A stretch of 63,679 nucleotides of DNA, counting the filler, from Octopus bimaculoides (Eukaryota), in assembly GCF_001194135.2 (NCBI RefSeq). It is 5 parts of 5 records of this genome, joined end to end, with 100 filler letters (N's around TTAATTAATTAA, not from the genome) between each part and the next. Parts side by side here need not be neighbours in the genome. Positions count along the whole stretch, not along the records: positions 10,383 to 30,250 come from NC_068982.1; 4 more parts are not named here. One strand, 5' to 3'. Below the pieces are notes generated by a model. The model searched no databases and was not told the origin of the DNA. It was given only the letters and a program-made list of their open reading frames with translations. The position numbers and the translations under genes were made by a program. Position 1 is the stretch's first letter, and each line of letters begins with the position of its first letter. Shown here one piece after another: positions 13,470 to 24,292 of this stretch.

Positions 13470-15430
13470 GTGTGTGTGTGTCTTTCTGTTATAATAATAA
13501 AAACGATGTTCGTTTAAACTGAATACTTTTGGTAGAATACAGATTTATTATTCCTTAGCAAAAATAGTGTTGACAGGGTCTTCGAAGTTTCGGCTAGCTA
13601 AGCCATCACTGTGACTATATATATATATATGTGTGTATATATATATATACGTCTATGTACATATATGGATATATACTAGAGTATGTATGCGTGTATATGT
13701 ACATATGTGTGTGTATGTATATATGTATGTATGTATGTATGTGTGTGCATATTTCTATGTATAAGCTATGAGCATGTTATTATTGATGTTTCACTTCCTG
13801 GTAATTACAATATAGCCACATTTTCATTTAATTACGCTTTTTTTTATTTCAAGAAACCAAATTTATTTTATGCAATTGTAACTTCCGTTTAGTTTGGTTA
13901 AGAACATCTAGTTTCCTAGAATATATACTCTTATCCCGGTAAAAGATTTACAAAACAGTATGTCCTTTTTCATAATTCTGTCCACCATATTTGTAGACGT
14001 TTCAAAATTGTTTTTCACATGATAGCAATTGTTCAAAGTTCACTGTAGCAGAGCTTACTATACTATAATACAATACTATAGCGTGTGTGTGTGTGTGTGT
14101 TGCCTATTCGATTGTTTTTCAAAGTTGATGAATTTGCGGTGATATATCCATTCATTAGAATATTTGGTTTAACATCTAATAGTTTAAGAACTGCTAGTTT
14201 AATAAACTTCGTTATAAAGTATTACATAGATTCTTTTTACCGTCCTGTAAAGGATTGTTATAGCTTTTAGACTAAGTTCACGAGAAAAAATTTTGTTTAG
14301 AAAATTAAGCCAAAATTACGACGTTTGTTTCATTTTATTATCATAATTATTTGATTTTAAATATTATTTCTGTTATTTTCTTTATTACCGACAATCATAA
14401 TTTCTTAGATATTGATTCTTATAATGTCCATTTAAATTAGTTGATATTGTTCAAAATATAAATGATTTTTAATCAGTTTGCTTTACTGATTTTTCATGAA
14501 AAATAAATTTAATGTTTAAATATGAAGTCCTAACTTGAGATATATTCTTAGTGGAAATCTGCCCGATTAAGACCGTTTAAGTAAAATATTGCTGAAGATA
14601 GATATAGTAAAGCAAAATGTCACTCACGGCAAATCTGACTAATTCCATCCTGTGTAAAAACGGCTAAGCTTTTCGTAAAGCAGACGATACAAGTTTACTG
14701 TCGTCTGCTATTGCTAACCCTTATATTTATTGTCTTCACCTTTACTTCGTTGCTTTCTATGAATCTCTCCTCCTTCCATCTGTTTCCCAATAACCTTATG
14801 TACGTTTTCATTAACAGCATTTTTGTTCAGCGAAATTTTATTACTTATAAGCTAATCAAATAGGGTCGTGTAATGAACCCTAATTGGCTAAATAAGGAAC
14901 AAGTTGGTTCACACATCAGCAGTAAAGGCCTAGGAATTGTGTGAGTGGATGTGCATACGCAAACGTTTACGTTTACATGTATGTGTGAGTGTATGAAGGG
15001 GGGAGGAATTTCGGTGAAGGAGAAGGAGGAAGAGGAGGCGGGGGCTAAGCTAACACCGAACAAACGATTCTCTCTTCTCTCTCTCTCTTTCCCTCTCTCT
15101 CTCCCTCTCTTTTTCTCTCTCTCTCTCACTCTCCCATACAACTATATACTCCCTCACCAGTCCACACATCTGCAATCTTGTTAGCTGCAAATTGAGAGAA
15201 AATTGAGCCTCGAGCTTCAATTTTCTGAAAAATAAATTAAATAAACTCAAACGCCTATCGGCTCAGAGATTGCTAATATGTGAAAATGAGTTGTGTCGAA
15301 CCATTGGAAGTTTTTGATTGAATTCAGTACAGCTTGTTATTATCGGCAGTAACACTATCAGACTGTGCCCCGCAGTATATATAGATACACACGACAGACA
15401 AGGTGTGCACAGATATGTTGTCTGTGTGTG

Positions 15431-15475
<45 letters not shown>

Positions 15476-15688
15476 ATATATATATATAGTTATGTGTATA
15501 TTTGTGCATGCGCGTTGTATTTGCAATTTTCGCGTCGTTTATTTTGTATTTGTATGTTTAGTGAAAATATATTTTAACCACTAATCACTTCGTTAAGGAT
15601 TCAAGAAAGATGTATATGGAGGGAGGATGGACGGGTGAAGAAATGTACACAAGAAATGAAAAACAGTCTTAAGTGGTTATTTACTTAC

Positions 15689-15755
15689 CTGGAACGCCGT
15701 TCATCATCAGGGACTCGGACAAACTCATGGACGTTGGAGATGAATTCAAGTCCAT
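15689..15755 (-). CDS. Candidate first coding exon MDLNSSPTSMSLSESLMMNGVP of an unidentified gene
   Basis: Perfect CAG|GTAAGTA donor, non-repetitive GC-richer island, in-frame stops upstream of the ATG, CT-rich upstream region and TCAGT motifs near 16250; two + strand frames are also open, so ambiguous. Confidence 0.35.
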
Positions 15756-16433
15756 ATCTTCTTCAAACGCTAGGCCTGCCTGCACACAATTTTGTCTCTT
15801 CTTTCGTTCAATGTTTCTCTTCTCCAAATGCCAACTAGCTTATATTCACGCCATTGGCCGGTTAGAGATTTTCTACTGAAAGATAAAAGCTTGCTAACTA
15901 TTGGTTAATTGAGTTGGCTGGCTTTGTACACTGGGGCTTCTACAGAAACGCGGGAGTGGGTGGGAGATGTAGTCAGCGAGAAAGAAGGGGGAGGTTGAAC
16001 GAAACGATCGAAGCAGTAAGATGTAGAGAGGAGGGAGTAAGAAAAACAAACGTGCAAGGGGAGGAGGATGCGATGAAAGAGAATAAATGAAAGAAAGAGA
16101 GAGAGAGAGAGGGGAAGAGAGTGAGTGAGAGACAGACAGACGAAGTGAGGGATAGAGGGACAGAGAGAATTTTTCAGAGCTAGCTAGCTAGCTCTCTCTC
16201 TCTCTTTCGATCAATATTATACACCTATACATAGATATATCCATTCACTGACACGCACTGACACGTACACACAACACGCACAGACATATATATTGTATTA
16301 TATTATGCATTCATTTTATTATTTACAATAAGAAACAATGACAATAAATAATAGTGGCTTCTTATCACTGATAATACTTGCCTTTTTTTTTTTTCTGTAT
16401 AATTCTTGTAATAAATAAATAAATAAATATCTG

Positions 16434-16637
16434 ATTGTGATTGTTGTGACTGTGATGATTACTACTACTACTAGCAGTAATAACAGCATCAATAACATCC
16501 TTCTTCTCCTCCTCCTCCTACTCATCATCACCATCATCATCATCATCGTCGTCATCGTCATCGTCATCATCGTCATCATCATCATCATCATCATCAACAA
16601 CAACAACAACAACAACAACTGCAACAACAACAACAGC

Positions 16638-16685
<48 letters not shown>

Positions 16686-16703
16686 ACTTATAATAATAAT
16701 AAC

Positions 16704-16747
<44 letters not shown>

Positions 16748-16789
16748 TAACAACAACAACAACAACACTACCACCACCACCAACAACAA

Positions 16790-16832
<43 letters not shown>

Positions 16833-16885
16833 AATAATAATAATAACAATAATAATAATAATAAAAATGTTGATAATAATAACAA
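16434..16885. repeat. Compound trinucleotide microsatellite (CTA/CAT/CGT/CAA/AAT)
   Basis: Direct reading; explains the poly-N/I/L/T ORFs. Confidence 0.95.
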
Positions 16886-16894
16886 TGACAAAAA

Positions 16895-17115
16895 TGTTTG
16901 CCTCTGGTTTAGGCACAAGGTCAGCAATTTCGGGGCGGGGTAAGTCAATTGCATAGACCCCCCCAGAGCTCAACTGATCTTTATTCTTTCGACCCTGAAA
17001 AGATGAAAGGCAAAGTCGTCCTGGGCACAACTGGAACACAAGAACGTAAACACGGAAAAAATACCGCTAATCATTTTCTCCGATTTGCTAAAGATTCTTC
17101 CAGCTTGCTGCTTCA
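16895..17115 (-). mobile_element. SINE-3, diverged
   Basis: gatgaaaggcaaagtcg core and reverse-complement head. Confidence 0.75.
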
Positions 17116-17221
17116 ATAATAATAATAATAATAATAATAATAGTAATAATAATGATGATGATGATGAAGACAATGATAATGATGAGGATGATGATGATGA
17201 TGATGATAATAATAATAATAA

Positions 17222-17503
17222 TGTTTTCGAATTTTGCCACAAGGACGGCCATTATGGGGGAGGGGATGAGTCGATTACATCGACCCCAGTATTTCACTGG
17301 TACTTAATTTATCGACCCCGAAAGGCTGAAAGATAAAGATGACCTCGGCGAAATTTGAACTCAAAACGTAGCGTCAGACGAAATACCGCTAAGCATTTCA
17401 CCCGGCGTGTTAACGAGTCTGCCAATAATTTCTACTATAGACACAATGTCTGAAATTGAGGGTTGGGGATAGTCGATTACATCGACACCAGTACAGCAAC
17501 TGG
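17222..17503 (-). mobile_element. SINE-3 copy plus a second SINE-3 3' fragment
   Basis: gtcgattacatcgaccccag...tttatcgaccccgaaagg...gaaataccgctaagcatttc; second tail at 17427-17503. Confidence 0.8.
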
Positions 17504-17513
17504 NNNNNNNNNN

Positions 17514-17716
17514 ACTCGACCTGAAGAAAATTCTAACTGGGCCCCACCTGCGAGGTCATGCGCTGTTTATCTTGATATGAGATCACCATGTCGCGCACAT
17601 ATGGTTGTGATGCATGTGCCTGGTGTACCCTTATCAGACGGGTAGTCATGACGGGTATAATGGGCTTCGTATATTTTACCCCAGTGACACTTTGATGGCA
17701 TGCACTGCTCTCTCAC
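17514..17716 (+). mobile_element. AAT-tailed ~560-bp non-coding element, 3' part
   Basis: Matches the 3' portion of 57154-57709; ends ctctctcac(AAT)n. Confidence 0.85.
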
Positions 17717-17797
<81 letters not shown>

Positions 17798-17798
<1 letters not shown>

Positions 17799-18660
17799 CT
17801 TTTGACAAATATACTGAGGAAATCTAGGCCGATCTATGGATTTACCAAAAGATAAGAATAAATCGCCTACTTCCTATGTATGATTCGAAGATGTATACAA
17901 AAAATGAGACAAATCTGGTTTCTCTCATCCAAACAGTGAGGATATTCAGTAAAGATATTGGAATGCAGTTTAGAGTAGATAAGTGCGCAGTACTAACTAT
18001 GAAGAGAGTTTGGGAGATAAAGTCTGATAGTATAAAATTACCATAAGACAACACCATTCAATCACTATGGAATAATGAGGGATACCCGGGAGTATTTCAA
18101 GACAATGAGATAAAGGAAGGAGAAATGAGAGACTGCGAGAGCAAAAGAGTACAACGGGATGTTAAACGAATATGTAGCTTCAAAACAACAGAAAGATGGT
18201 ATGTGCCAGAACCAGAGGCTGTGAGAGAAAATGAGAATTACAAGATCTTGTGGAACATCGCCAGAAAGACTGACTATATTATTGAGGAAAGAACACCGGA
18301 CATGATTATAGAGGACAAAACAAACAGTGTAATATCATAGAGTTCGCAATTCCCTATAACAAAGTCGATACCAAAGAAGTTGAAAGAATTGAGCAATATC
18401 CGGATCGATCCAGTGAGCTGCGGAGGCTGGAAGACTGCGACAACAATTATTACTGTAGTAATTGGTGTACTTGGCACAACACCCAGAATGCTACCTAAAA
18501 GACTTCAAGAAACTGAAACTGAGATTCGCATTGTCGACCTCCAGCAAAATAGCATCCTACATTCTGCAAGAATACTAAGAAAACTTCTTGAGATTCGAGA
18601 TTTGTTGTCACCAAATCTCAAAATAAAACATCTGCTAATTTCGAGTTTGCCCAAAGCCAG
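17798..18660 (+). mobile_element. R4/Dong-like retrotransposon fragment A (decayed RT thumb plus RLE)
   Basis: IQTVRIFSKDIGMQFRVDKCAVL; WYVPEPEAVRENENYKILWN; VVIGVLG...ILRKLLEI; follows (AAT)n. Confidence 0.85.
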
Positions 18661-18729
18661 CAACTTAGTTGGAGAGGTTTAGGGGATTGGCGGCGATCTA
18701 ACGATTCTTCTAACTCGCCGTCTTAAGCA

Positions 18730-18770
<41 letters not shown>

Positions 18771-18812
18771 AAGATTAACAATAATTATTATGACAACAAC
18801 GACAACGATAGC

Positions 18813-18878
<66 letters not shown>

Positions 18879-18880
<2 letters not shown>

Positions 18881-19071
18881 AACCGTATGGCATATTACCA
18901 GCCAATGTACGCCACTAGCCCAGAAGGAATATAAGAGACTCCACAACAATATAGCCAGGCTTGTCCATTGGACACTTTGCAACAAGTATGGACTTGGCAG
19001 AGCAAAATATTGGTACGATCACAAACCCGAAGGCATCATCGAAAATAAAAATGCAAAGATCCTATAGGATT
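18879..19071 (+). mobile_element. R4/Dong-like fragment B (CCHC/RHD region)
   Basis: ETVWHITSQCTPLAQKEYKRLHNNIARLVHWTLC...WYDHKPEGIIEN; follows (AAT)n. Confidence 0.85.
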
Positions 19072-20336
19072 AGATAAAACAATATAAATGCAAATACAAA
19101 AACAAAACTAGAGCAAGCCAACAACACATAGATAAGAAGCTGCTGGTACACCACGATTATCTAATTTCTTTGTACCTGGAGAAAATTTTCTCATAATGTT
19201 CAGTTCCGAAGGTACACGTGATCACTCCAGGGAGAAGACGAGAGTAGTATTACAACGATAGAAACATTAAAACTTCTACTAGGAATCAACAACTCCGAAT
19301 AGGTGTGGCCAAAACGGCTGTTCTAAAACGGTTCTATATACCCTTCACCTATCATGTCGTCCCACAAATCACTATAATTGTTTTTTTCTTTTTTTGAGGG
19401 CATATTGAAGCACCCTCTAGTCTTCGTGAAGTTATCTGAACTTCCTCCTTGCCAGTTCTTGAATATCCCAAGCAAGGAAACATTCTTTTGCGACATGCTG
19501 CTTCTTCACTTCTTTTTACGGCTGGATTCGGCCTATATCTAAAAACCTCCTTTTTGTTTGTAAAGCTTGCAAAATAGATGTTAGCATTTTTTTTTTTTTG
19601 TGAATATCGTAAATATCCATTGTTCTTGTTACTATTTTTGCTTATGCTGTGCAAATTTGCATTGTTAAATTTTATTGTCTGCCAGTGTATTTGTTTCTTT
19701 TATTGTTGCTTTCTGTTTGTCATTTAAAAAAATCTGTTTATCTTTTTAAAATTCATCTTCGTGTATTTTTTTTTCTTTATTGAGATTGTATCCATTCTTC
19801 TTATTTTCTTTTTAATATTTCTTACTTCCCTTCTAGTAGAAGAAGCAATATTGACCTGAGTGAACGCCTAAAAAAAGCTTTTTGAACAAAANNNNNNNNN
19901 NNNNNNNNNNNNNNNNNNNNNNNNNNNNNNNNNNNNNNNNNNNNNNNNNNNNNNNNNNNNNNNNNNNNNNNNNNNNNNNNNNNNNNNNNNNNNNNNNNNN
20001 NNNNNNNNNNNNNNNNNNNNNNNNNNNNNNNNNNNNNNNNNNNNNNNNNNNNNNNNNNNNNNNNNNNNNNNNNNNNNNNNNNNNNNNNNNNNNNNNNNNN
20101 NNNNNNNNNNNNNNNNNNNNNNNNNNNNNNNNNNNNNNNNNNNNNNNNNNNNNNNNNNNNNNNNNNNNNNNNNNNNNNNNNNNNNNNNNNNNNNNNNNNN
20201 NNNNNNNNNNNNNNNNNNNNNNNNNNNNNNNNNNNNNNNNNNNNNNNNNNNNNNNNNNNNNNNNNNNNNNNNNNNNNNNNNNNNNNNNNNNNNNNNNNNN
20301 NNNNNNCCCCCACCCCAACAACAACAACAACGATAA

Positions 20337-20893
20337 ATGCCCTAATGTAATACCAGGCAGTAACTCTCATGGCTTCTGATCTTAACTGTTTGGAAGTGCT
20401 AACATGTACATATTGTGTATTGGTATAAAAGATGGTCTACAGCAAATAATTGGTTCAATACCACAGATTTGCTTTCAGTTGCTAAATCTTAATCAGTTGA
20501 TCGTGTCCCTTAGTGGCTGATGATATGTGCATCTCTGATCACGAGCAGGAGTAGTTGAAGGAGCATCATAGCTACGTGTTGAGACGGTTTCCTTGGGATT
20601 TGAATAATTCACCTCTGAAAACATGGGTGTTTCGTTCAGCATCCTTATACAACTATTATTCAGGGACCTTTTGAGCGGGATGGGTTACTCGACCTAAAGA
20701 AAATTCTAACTGGATCCCAACTGCAAGGTCATGTACGGTTTATCTTAATACAAAAGTACCATGTGGCGCACATATGATTGTGATGCATGTGCCTGGTGTA
20801 CCCTTATCAGAATGTTAGTCATGATGAGTATATTGGGCTTTGTATATTCATCGTCCGAGCGTCACTTTGATGGCGTGCGCTGCTCTTCCACTC
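20337..20893 (+). mobile_element. AAT-tailed ~560-bp non-coding element, full-length, diverged
   Basis: Colinear with 57154-57709; flanked by (AAC)n and (AAT)n. Confidence 0.85.
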
Positions 20894-20919
20894 AATAATA
20901 ACAAAAATAGGTAATAACA

Positions 20920-20984
<65 letters not shown>

Positions 20985-20986
<2 letters not shown>

Positions 20987-21195
20987 GACCAGATATAGTT
21001 GTCAAAGATCATGAAGAAAAAAAATGCTTTCTAATTGATGTATCAATACCAGCAGATGACGACGTCTCTCTAAAAGAAATGGCAAAACTTTCAAAATACA
21101 AAGACCTGGAAATAGAGGTAACTCGAATGTGGAATCTAAAAACAGAAACAATTCCTATTATAGTAGGTGCCTTAGGTATAATAAAAAAATATTCA
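20985..21195 (+). mobile_element. R4/Dong-like fragment C (RLE catalytic core), runs into gap
   Basis: NRPDIVVKDHEEKKCFLIDVSIP...KLSKYKDLEIEVTRMW (PD..D..K motif); 5 mismatches over ~117 shared nt with fragment G. Confidence 0.9.
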
Positions 21196-22148
21196 NNNNN
21201 NNNNNNNNNNNNNNNNNNNNNNNNNNNNNNNNNNNNNNNNNNNNNNNNNNNNNNNNNNNNNNNNNNNNNNNNNNNNNNNNNNNNNNNNNNNNNNNNNNNN
21301 NNNNNNNNNNNNNNNNNNNNNNNNNNNNNNNNNNNNNNNNNNNNNNNNNNNNNNNNNNNNNNNNNNNNNNNNNNNNNNNNNNNNNNNNNNNNNNNNNNNN
21401 NNNNNNNNNNNNNNNNNNNNNNNNNNNNNNNNNNNNNNNNNNNNNNNNNNNNNNNNNNNNNNNNNNNNNNNNNNNNNNNNNNNNNNNNNNNNNNNNNNNN
21501 NNNNNNNNNNNNNNNNNNNNNNNNNNNNNNNNNNNNNNNNNNNNNNNNNNNNNNNNNNNNNNNNNNNNNNNNNNNNNNNNNNNNNNNNNNNNNNNNNNNN
21601 NNNNNNNNNNNNNNNNNNNNNNNNNNNNNNNNNNNNNNNNNNNNNNNNNNNNNNNNNNNNNNNNNNNNNNNNNNNNNNNNNNNNNNNNNNNNNNNNNNNN
21701 NNNNNNNNNNNNNNNNNNNNNNNNNNNNNNNNNNNNNNNNNNNNNNNNNNNNNNNNNNNNNNNNNNNNNNNNNNNNNNNNNNNNNNNNNNNNNNNNNNNN
21801 NNNNNNNNNNNNNNNNNNNNNNNNNNNNNNNNNNNNNNNNNNNNNNNNNNNNNNNNNNNNNNNNNNNNNNNNNNNNNNNNNNNNNNNNNNNNNNNNNNNN
21901 NNNNNNNNNNNNNNNNNNNNNNNNNNNNNNNNNNNNNNNNNNNNNNNNNNNNNNNNNNNNNNNNNNNNNNNNNNNNNNNNNNNNNNNNNNNNNNNNNNNN
22001 NNNNNNNNNNNNNNNNNNNNNNNNNNNNNNNNNNNNNNNNNNNNNNNNNNNNNNNNNNNNNNNNNNNNNNNNNNNNNNNNNNNNNNNNNNNNNNNNNNNN
22101 NNNNNNNNNNNNNNNNNNNNNNNNNNNNNNNNNNNNNNNNNNNNNNNN

Positions 22149-22220
<72 letters not shown>

Positions 22221-23664
22221 TGAAGTAGAACTGGATAGCCTAGTCTTGTGCGGATTTTGGACTCTCAAAATGTGCTACGGAGGTGATGAAACGAGGAAAG
22301 CTTGCCAGGATAGAAGGTTTGTGGCTACCAAGTGGTGAAATGATGAAGACAATTCAATCACAATCCAGTTAAAAATACCTGGCAATACTTGGGGCAAATG
22401 AAATCAAGCACCACGACATGAAGGAAAAGACAAAAAGAGTACCTGCGGTGTGTGGGAAGAATATTGACTTCAAAGCTGAATGCCAGAAACATAATTTCGG
22501 CAATAAACTCGCGAGCAGTCTGCAGTAGTTTGTTATGACGCTGGAGTCCTGAAGTTGATAGAGGAGGAGCTAAAGGAGATGGACAGGAAGTCAAGGAAGC
22601 TCCTAGCGATGCATTGAGCCTGCCATCCACGTGCAGACACTGATCGCCTATACATGAAGGGTGCAAATGGAGGAAGGGGACTGATAAGTGTGGCAGACCG
22701 CGTGCGTATCGAACTCGAGAGCTTAATGAGATACCTAACCCAAAGTAAGGAGACCTTGTTAGTCTCAGGAACGAAGAAGTATTGAGAGCAGAAAAAAAGG
22801 AAAAACAAAGGAAGAAGTACAAAAATGACATGAAGAAGGGACTACACAATCAATTCCATGTATCTACAACAGAAGTTGCTGGAAAAAATAGGCGGGTATG
22901 GCTGATGTAAGGAACACTAAAAAAAACGAAATTGAGAGCATTATACTGGCAGCGCAGGACCAAGATCTGGCCACGAACTGGAAGGTCAACCTGAGGAATG
23001 AGAAAGTGTCTCCGTTGTGTCGTATCTGCAATAGAGTGGATGGAACCATTGCCCATATCACGAACGAATGCCCTAGACTTGCCCAAAACCACTACAAGTT
23101 GTGGCTACACGACCAGGTAGCGAAAGTGCTACATTGGAAACTGTGCGAAAAGTGGGGACTAGAGAGAGGCAAGACGTGGTATGAGCACACAACGCAGGGA
23201 GTGGCGGAGTCGGAGACTAGCAAAATCCTCTGGGATTTCGCAATCCAAACAGATCAGGTGCTAGAGCATAACAGATCGGATCTATTGATGGTGGACAAGG
23301 CACATCACATATGCTATATAGTTGACGCTGCATGCCCTTTTGACCTACGACTAATCAAGAAGGAAGGCGGAAAGATAGATAGATACAACCCTCTTAAGCC
23401 CGGCTATAAAAAATGAAGAAGGTGAAGATAGTGCCAATTATTGTTGGGTCCTTGGGAACAGTATCAAAAGGCATCAAGAGGAATATAAAGGAAACCGGAA
23501 TAGAGTGCCCAGTAGAACTGTTAGAATCTTAGCACGGCCAGAATAATCAGGAAAGAATTAGATAACTGAAAAGAACGAATAGCATGGTACCGTAGGCTGC
23601 AGGCACCAAGCCCGCTACGCATGCAAGACTCCAGGAGCTCCAACAAAACCTATGATAAAGAGAA

Positions 23665-23665
<1 letters not shown>
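22221..23665 (+). mobile_element. R4/Dong-like fragment D (RT thumb, CCHC, RLE, 3'UTR)
   Basis: FGLSKCA; HPRADTDRLY..GGRGL; CRICNRVDGTIAHITNEC; LWDFAIQTDQVLEHNRSD; (AAT)n on both sides. Confidence 0.92.
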
Positions 23666-23731
<66 letters not shown>

Positions 23732-23732
<1 letters not shown>

Positions 23733-24165
23733 AGTGTAAGATCAAATACTTTGTAATACCATATGACAATAGATGAGTTACCAAACAAATTGGAAAAATT
23801 GGAAAATATCAGGACTTGGCCAAAAATGAAGAGATTGTGGAAAAGGACAATTATTCTTGTGGTAATTTGTGCAGTTGACACATCTAAACTGCTACCGGAG
23901 AATCTGAAGTATATTGGAATTGAAAATTGCATTGTTGTTCTGCTGAAAAGTGCAATCCTTTGTTTTGCAAGTAACCCTAGAAAGATTCTTGAGATCTGAG
24001 GAGACCTGCTGTCACCAAACTTCAGCAAAACACCAGCGCTAACTAATAAAATATATAATAGCTTTCACAATAATAATAATTAAAGAAGAATCTTGAGATT
24101 TGAAGAGACTTGCTGTCACTAAACATCAAGATAAAATATCTGCTAAATTAGCATGCACTAGCGTA
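23732..24165 (+). mobile_element. R4/Dong-like 3' fragments E and E'
   Basis: KLENIRTWPKMKRLWK...PRKILEI*; 3'UTR cttgagat.tgaggagacctgctgtcacc repeated at 24085-24165 and shared with fragment A. Confidence 0.8.
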
Positions 24166-24166
24166 A

Positions 24167-24292
<126 letters not shown>

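Noticed and set aside
13585-13615. Hammerhead-like ...GGC...GCCGAAAC motifs (also near 45065 and 49930)
   Set aside because: The CUGANGA core is incomplete; at most decayed Penelope termini
15681-15692. TACTTACCTGG resembling the U1 snRNA 5' end
   Set aside because: No downstream U1 sequence; better explained as a minus-strand splice donor
15820-15856. Minus-strand atg(g)cgtgaatataagctagtt resembling Rap1 MREYKLV
   Set aside because: Requires a frameshift, and no P-loop follows
16319-17336. Poly-N/I/L/T/D ORFs, and CV/YI/HT dipeptide ORFs elsewhere
   Set aside because: Translations of microsatellites; no coding signature
19380-19620. Minus-strand HVAKECFLAW...LQYALKK, resembling an L2/CR1-type LINE linker
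   Set aside because: Too short and too decayed to support a call by eye
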